From contig JBDOQK010000032.1 of assembly GCA_040437565.1 (NCBI GenBank), forward strand, positions 310,001 to 374,000: a stretch of DNA of 64,000 bases, written 5' to 3'. Shown in pieces: positions 58,844-64,000 of this stretch. Each line of letters starts with the position of its first letter. Within the stretch, counting starts at the first letter, position 1. The notes under the pieces are model-generated. The model was given only the letters and a program-made list of their open reading frames with translations, did not search any database and had not been told where the DNA came from. Position numbers and translations under genes: made by a program. Origin of the DNA: Albugo candida (lineage: Eukaryota).

Positions 58844-61417
58844 ATGAGTGAAATTGTTGAGAATCAATCCACCGCGTCTGATGACATTGACGACTGTAAT
58901 CTTGCTCACATTCAACATAACCAATACTATATTCACAATCTAATAGAGAACGGGAATGATCAATTACTTTGTCGATTATTATCACCAAAACAAAATGATA
59001 AGGAAGATGCTTCTTTCCAAGGTCTCCAGGTAAAAATGGCCGCGGAAGCGTTTCTTCTCGAGAAAGACGAGACAGGATGCCTACCGATTCACATTGGAAT
59101 CATCCATCAGCGCGTCGAGTGCGTCGAATACCTTATTCAGTATTCCATTCCACTCACATGCTCTATGATTCGTCAACAATGCGGAGACTTGGAGACTCCT
59201 TTTTTTCATTTGTTGATGCGAGTTGGAGCTCTGAATGCTGAATTTGCGACCCGAATTGTCCGATATGTAACGACTGTTCTCGTATCGGATACCGTCGGTA
59301 GATGGATCGAAAACTTGACAGATGATCATAAAAAAGAATTAGAATTGGTGCTTTGGGAGACGTTGAATCAGAAAGACGATGAAGGCAACACAGTATTTCA
59401 TTTGTGTGCTCGAAACGACTTGATAGATTGCTTCAAGATGTTCGTATCGTTCTACATGAAGCACTCTGTATTGCACGAAAAAGACGGGAATGATTGGACG
59501 ATATCAACTGTTCTTGAACGACATAATCGTGTTGGGTATCGTCCACTGCATGTGGCGATGAAATATCAGAGCATTCTTGTGGCTAAAGGGCTACTTGAAG
59601 ACCATCATGTTTGTGTATCGGCCGCAACGTCCAACACCAAGCAGAATCCAGCGCATATTGCAGCGAGTGTAGGCTTTACCCAAGGCCTCAAATTGTTGCG
59701 GCAGATGGATCATTCGATCTTTTCCCAGGAAGATTTCTGTGGGAACACACCAATACAGATCGCAAAGAATTGTGGGTTTCTACATGCGTCTCAAGTGCTG
59801 ACTCTTGATCAAACGCAATCAAAGTCGGACCAAGAAATCGATACAATGCTAAATTCTTCGACGGTATTTTTACATCACGATGATTGCTTCCAGCACCTTC
59901 CAACGGCGTACTATCGTCGGGGTGAGCAGGAACCACCACCTGAATGTCCTGAGCGTCTCGAGACTTTATTAAATTCGACATATGGAATTTTGCGGAGTAA
60001 AGAATTTCTCGAGCATCATGTCGTCCACGACACCAACATTCCCCACGCCGACATTGCCGATATCTTACGGGTGCACGAATACCACTACGTCAATAAGATA
60101 CAGCAATGCTGTCAACGGCTGAAGGACGATGCAAGCAGCACTGCTTCGTTGGACTCGGATACAGCGCTTTCCTCTAATTCATACAAAGCCGCCACTCGAG
60201 CTGCCGGAGCTGTATGTAGAGCTGTGGATTTGTTGATGCAGTCAAAACACACCAATGCTTTCTGTCTTGTGCGTCCCCCAGGACACCATGCGGGACCGGT
60301 GGGTAAAGTTGTCAGCATAAACGATCCCGAAGGCTCGAATGGATTTTGTCTCTTCAACAATGTCGCTATTGGTGCAGCGTATGCGCGATCCATTTACAAG
60401 CATGCGGGATTGGAGAATATTGCGATTCTTGATTTCGATGTCCACCATGGAAACGGTACAGAAGAAATTGTACGCCATCTCATACCACGGAAAAAGATTG
60501 TTCCCTTCGAGACTGCATATGGGGAAGGGTCTCATTCTGTGCATCAGTACAAGCCGTGGCGAAGTACTGATGATACTGATCATGTATTCTTTTGCTCTGT
60601 TCACGGTTATGGGGTGAAAATGGAAGACAGAGAAGACACCGATGATGACGAGTATGTTGACGATGACGATGATGATGAGAAAGCAAAGCCTCGAGGTTGG
60701 TTTTACCCTGCGTCAGGAGCAACAAACGAAACAAAACCGTCTTCAGCTCCTTACATTTGGAACGTCGGACTTGATCATCCGCCATGTGACTACCGAGAAA
60801 AGTCTTCAGGGCTAATGAAGAAATACAAAGCTTCACGAAACGCAATTTCTCGTCTTCGATGGCGACAAGTGTTCCGAGAAGAGATACTCCCAGCTCTTTT
60901 GAGATTCAAACCCGACATTATCTTTCTCTCATCCGGTTTCGATGCACATACAAAGGAGTATGTCAATTGGGGATACGTCTCCTTATTGGAACAAGATTAT
61001 GAATGGCTAACGGATCAAATCAAGCTTGTCGCAGAAACGTGCTGCCAAGGACGCATCGTATCAGTGCTGGAAGGTGGTTACAATTTCCATGGACGCATGA
61101 TCTCTCCATTCGCGCGAAGTGTTGCTGCTCATGCGCGCTCGTTGATTCGACCATCAAAAGCTGTATGGTCTTTCGATAGCGCCGAAGCGGAGAAGCAGCT
61201 TGAGGAACGTTTATTACGTCAGCATCAAGAACACCTCTCGATCACTGAGCAAAAAATCCAAAGCTCCACGCTTCTAGTTGGCAAACCTATGCATCCAGAA
61301 TTGTTGCAAGATCAGACCGAAGTTGAGTCTTTGGAAGGAAGAGGTAAACGGAAGAGAAAAGCCGTCGATTACGTTGCATTGGCGGAGCAGCTCGCACAAG
61401 AGGATGGGTGTGCATGA
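58844..61417 (+). CDS. Ankyrin-repeat histone deacetylase (class II-like)
   Basis: N-terminal ankyrin repeats (GNTVFHLCA, GYRPLHVA); PECPERL, RPPGHH, GFCLFNN, DFDVHHGNGT, SSGFDAH and LEGGY. Confidence 0.92.
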   Translation: MSEIVENQSTASDDIDDCNLAHIQHNQYYIHNLIENGNDQLLCRLLSPKQNDKEDASFQGLQVKMAAEAFLLEKDETGCLPIHIGIIHQRVECVEYLIQYSIPLTCSMIRQQCGDLETPFFHLLMRVGALNAEFATRIVRYVTTVLVSDTVGRWIENLTDDHKKELELVLWETLNQKDDEGNTVFHLCARNDLIDCFKMFVSFYMKHSVLHEKDGNDWTISTVLERHNRVGYRPLHVAMKYQSILVAKGLLEDHHVCVSAATSNTKQNPAHIAASVGFTQGLKLLRQMDHSIFSQEDFCGNTPIQIAKNCGFLHASQVLTLDQTQSKSDQEIDTMLNSSTVFLHHDDCFQHLPTAYYRRGEQEPPPECPERLETLLNSTYGILRSKEFLEHHVVHDTNIPHADIADILRVHEYHYVNKIQQCCQRLKDDASSTASLDSDTALSSNSYKAATRAAGAVCRAVDLLMQSKHTNAFCLVRPPGHHAGPVGKVVSINDPEGSNGFCLFNNVAIGAAYARSIYKHAGLENIAILDFDVHHGNGTEEIVRHLIPRKKIVPFETAYGEGSHSVHQYKPWRSTDDTDHVFFCSVHGYGVKMEDREDTDDDEYVDDDDDDEKAKPRGWFYPASGATNETKPSSAPYIWNVGLDHPPCDYREKSSGLMKKYKASRNAISRLRWRQVFREEILPALLRFKPDIIFLSSGFDAHTKEYVNWGYVSLLEQDYEWLTDQIKLVAETCCQGRIVSVLEGGYNFHGRMISPFARSVAAHARSLIRPSKAVWSFDSAEAEKQLEERLLRQHQEHLSITEQKIQSSTLLVGKPMHPELLQDQTEVESLEGRGKRKRKAVDYVALAEQLAQEDGCA

Positions 61418-64000
61418 TTGCTTTTGGTGCGTCTCTTACGTCACAGATGCAAGAGCGGGGCTGTCAGAATATGGAAACGCTTCGAATTTGAAAGAAAAAT
61501 ATATCTGCCAATCATAGCCACGTAGCTTGAATGCACATGTTACATTAAAAATTCAATGTGCAAGAATTGCATTCAGTGAGACTACCTTTTCGAAGTTACT
61601 CCGAGACGAGCGTGGGACATTTGTATATCATAGATGATGATCCACACGTTTCCTGCACAAAAAGTTGCGTTTTTTTATGTGTTGAACAATTTGATTCCAG
61701 GTAGATACTTACTTCTCGATAATGACAATAGAATCATCCCCCACATCATCTCTATCCAACGCCATTTAACAAACCACATATGGTGTTGGAAACAAGCAAA
61801 GTACATTATTTTACTCAAGCATGACGTGATCTGCAGCACTCGGTGATCCGAAAGATGATCAGTAATAGTAAGATGTTACAGCTCTTGCTTGATCGCGTCT
61901 TGATGTTAGCGAGAGAACGCTTCACGACGCTTTTGTCCGCAAAAGTCGAATGTGAAGGCTTTAGCCATCTTAGATACATCGCTCGAGTGATAATGCTCAT
62001 CGCGACGATCTCGTCATCCTTACAGCATAGAGAATCGGATGTCTTCCACATCTTAATGATTGACTACGACGGAATAGTATCGAGGTTTGATAGCTCAGAT
62101 AAGAGCTCCGTCTTCCAATTTCTGTTTTATATAGCCGAATTATGTTGATGGCTCGATAGTCCGCTTTCTTTCACTTGACGCACCTCTGAGTGACCTTATC
62201 CATATACACGTACTTTTCTGTCTGAAAGGCGTGTTCACGCACGACCAAGCTTTGGTTGCCGTGGCAACATGCTGCGGGCATATTATTTCTAGAGTCGGTG
62301 CTTTGTAGAAATAATGCTGGTGTTGCTTACAGTCTACGACTTGATCGGATGCATATGTGCTACTGTTCGAGGCTACTTGCAGTGAGCGTTAGCATACTTC
62401 AAAAGCTTCATACCAATGACCAAGACAAGACCGACGAATTGAAGCAGTAGTGGGATGACGGATAGGCGATTACAGGTATATCCTATTCCAAGTCACAAAG
62501 GAATTGTCACTTCAGTTCTAATGCTAGTGAAAACCAAAGGTGCAATGCCCGAGAAAAACTTTGTGGGCAAGGTGCCCCCGAACCACCTTGTATTTTTGTA
62601 AATGGCAGCCAGTCTGTAAATATTGGTCCAGTATTGCATGCTAGTAAGGTCGAATAGCCTTCGATAGAAGAACGCTTGCATAACTCCCCTACCGAGTCGA
62701 TAAGCTTACAAAGTAGGTGAAGGAGTATCCGTCGTAGGATTATGATATGAGAGGCAGGACGGTCCACCGTACATCACTACACCCATGTAGTATCCTACTC
62801 TGAAAGCAGACTTGCTAATTAACCGAGTATGAAGTCGCGATAGTGGGTTGAAGACGTCCGTTGCGGGTTGTGGTCCTGAAAGCGGTCCATCTTGAGGAAT
62901 ATAAGCTATCGTCCCCCACCGAGAAGTAGAAGTAAAAATAACATCTAGTCAGCGACCAGTACGTAATGTTTGATTTTTTCCATATACTTGGACGAGTCTC
63001 GATAGTCTCTGAGAAGACGGAGGGAATGATCTGCAAAGGTCAAAAAATGTGATGTGTCGAGGAGTTGTAACGGATTTTAAGCTGTCCTATCGAGACGCAG
63101 AGATAAGCCAAAAATGGTTCCAAGAAAGCACAATAAGCGAATATGAAAGGGGGTCACCTTGGTGAGCTACGCTGTCAGATCAAAAATAAATATAGCGCGA
63201 CCATTAAGCTATACGGTTATCGCAATACAATCTAGCTTGTAGACCATTACACACTGTCCGAAGCTTGCACGAAGCTCAATGTAAGATCATGTCAGCATCG
63301 AGAACTCCAACTGGCAGAGGTGATATACATATATATTTAAATCGGACTAATAAATGTCGAGTCAATCTACTCTGAACTATGCCTATGCCTCTGTGATCGG
63401 TATCAATGTGCTTCCGTAGGACTTTGCGCAGGCGATAAGCAAGAATTTGAGAGCAAGCTTTGCCACATGATTAATTGAGTGTTAAAGTAGGCTTGTAGTT
63501 GCTGAGTTCTGTCTTCACCTTCCATTCAAAGAAAAGCAACGGTATCCCGCGTTATTTGTTGACCAGTATTCCTTGTTAAGTTGTGCTGAACATAAACTCT
63601 TTGCAAAGTTGAGATGAAGAGCTGAAATACTTTACTACAAATTCCATCGTAGCTGGGAGCTTTATAAAGGTGTGAAGACTTTATTGCCCATTAATAGTCT
63701 TTTTCTGTAAAGGAAGCATCGCTTCAGGCATTGTCATGTGCCCGGCCGAGAGGCACATTGTGGCATTTCGAAGTAGGGATCTGAGCTCTACCGGATCCTA
63801 GCTGAGGTAATGAACACGAGCAAAATACTTTGTTGAAGGAGATCAAAGCATTCAAGCCCGATATTACGAAAGATCTGGTAGCCATTTCATCAAGCTCGGT
63901 ACTGTGAAATTCACTAAGGCGTTGCGTCGAAAATGATGCAAACTTCTCGTATGGTCGATTTCGCTTGACAAAGGAACGTCTAAGTAGTTTTTTCCCTGTA

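Overview
Gene-dense eukaryotic DNA, most likely from an oomycete. This is inferred from the short (~45-70 nt) GT-AG introns, tiny intergenic gaps, an Inr/FPR promoter element and typical oomycete families (START-FYVE, HGGG-repeat, S33 hydrolase); the compactness is Albugo-like. About 27 protein-coding genes can be read: trehalose-6-P synthase, an organellar-type MutS1, a ZC3H14/Nab2-type PWI protein, SMG1 kinase, an MFS sugar transporter, WS/DGAT, CCDC61, Myb, a SAP30-PHD fusion, WDR47-like, ANK-PH-RING, HAUS3, fimbrin, PPWD1, ATAT1, a CDF Zn transporter, GGPP synthase and an ankyrin-HDAC, among others. There are eleven 100-N scaffold gaps, and most are flanked by apparently identical direct duplications that are assembly artefacts. 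The most unusual signals are non-coding. (1) An unannotated intergenic region (~9.9-10.7 kb) has a ~87-bp near-perfect fold-back plus nested stems whose G:U pairs work only on the + strand, so it is a candidate structured ncRNA or hairpin RNA. (2) The adjacent Nab2-like gene has a 547-nt first intron, about ten times the local norm, that folds into a nested hairpin and contains a possible poison acceptor. (3) Three same-strand genes are separated by only 28 and 13 nt. The last ~2.6 kb has no recognisable gene.
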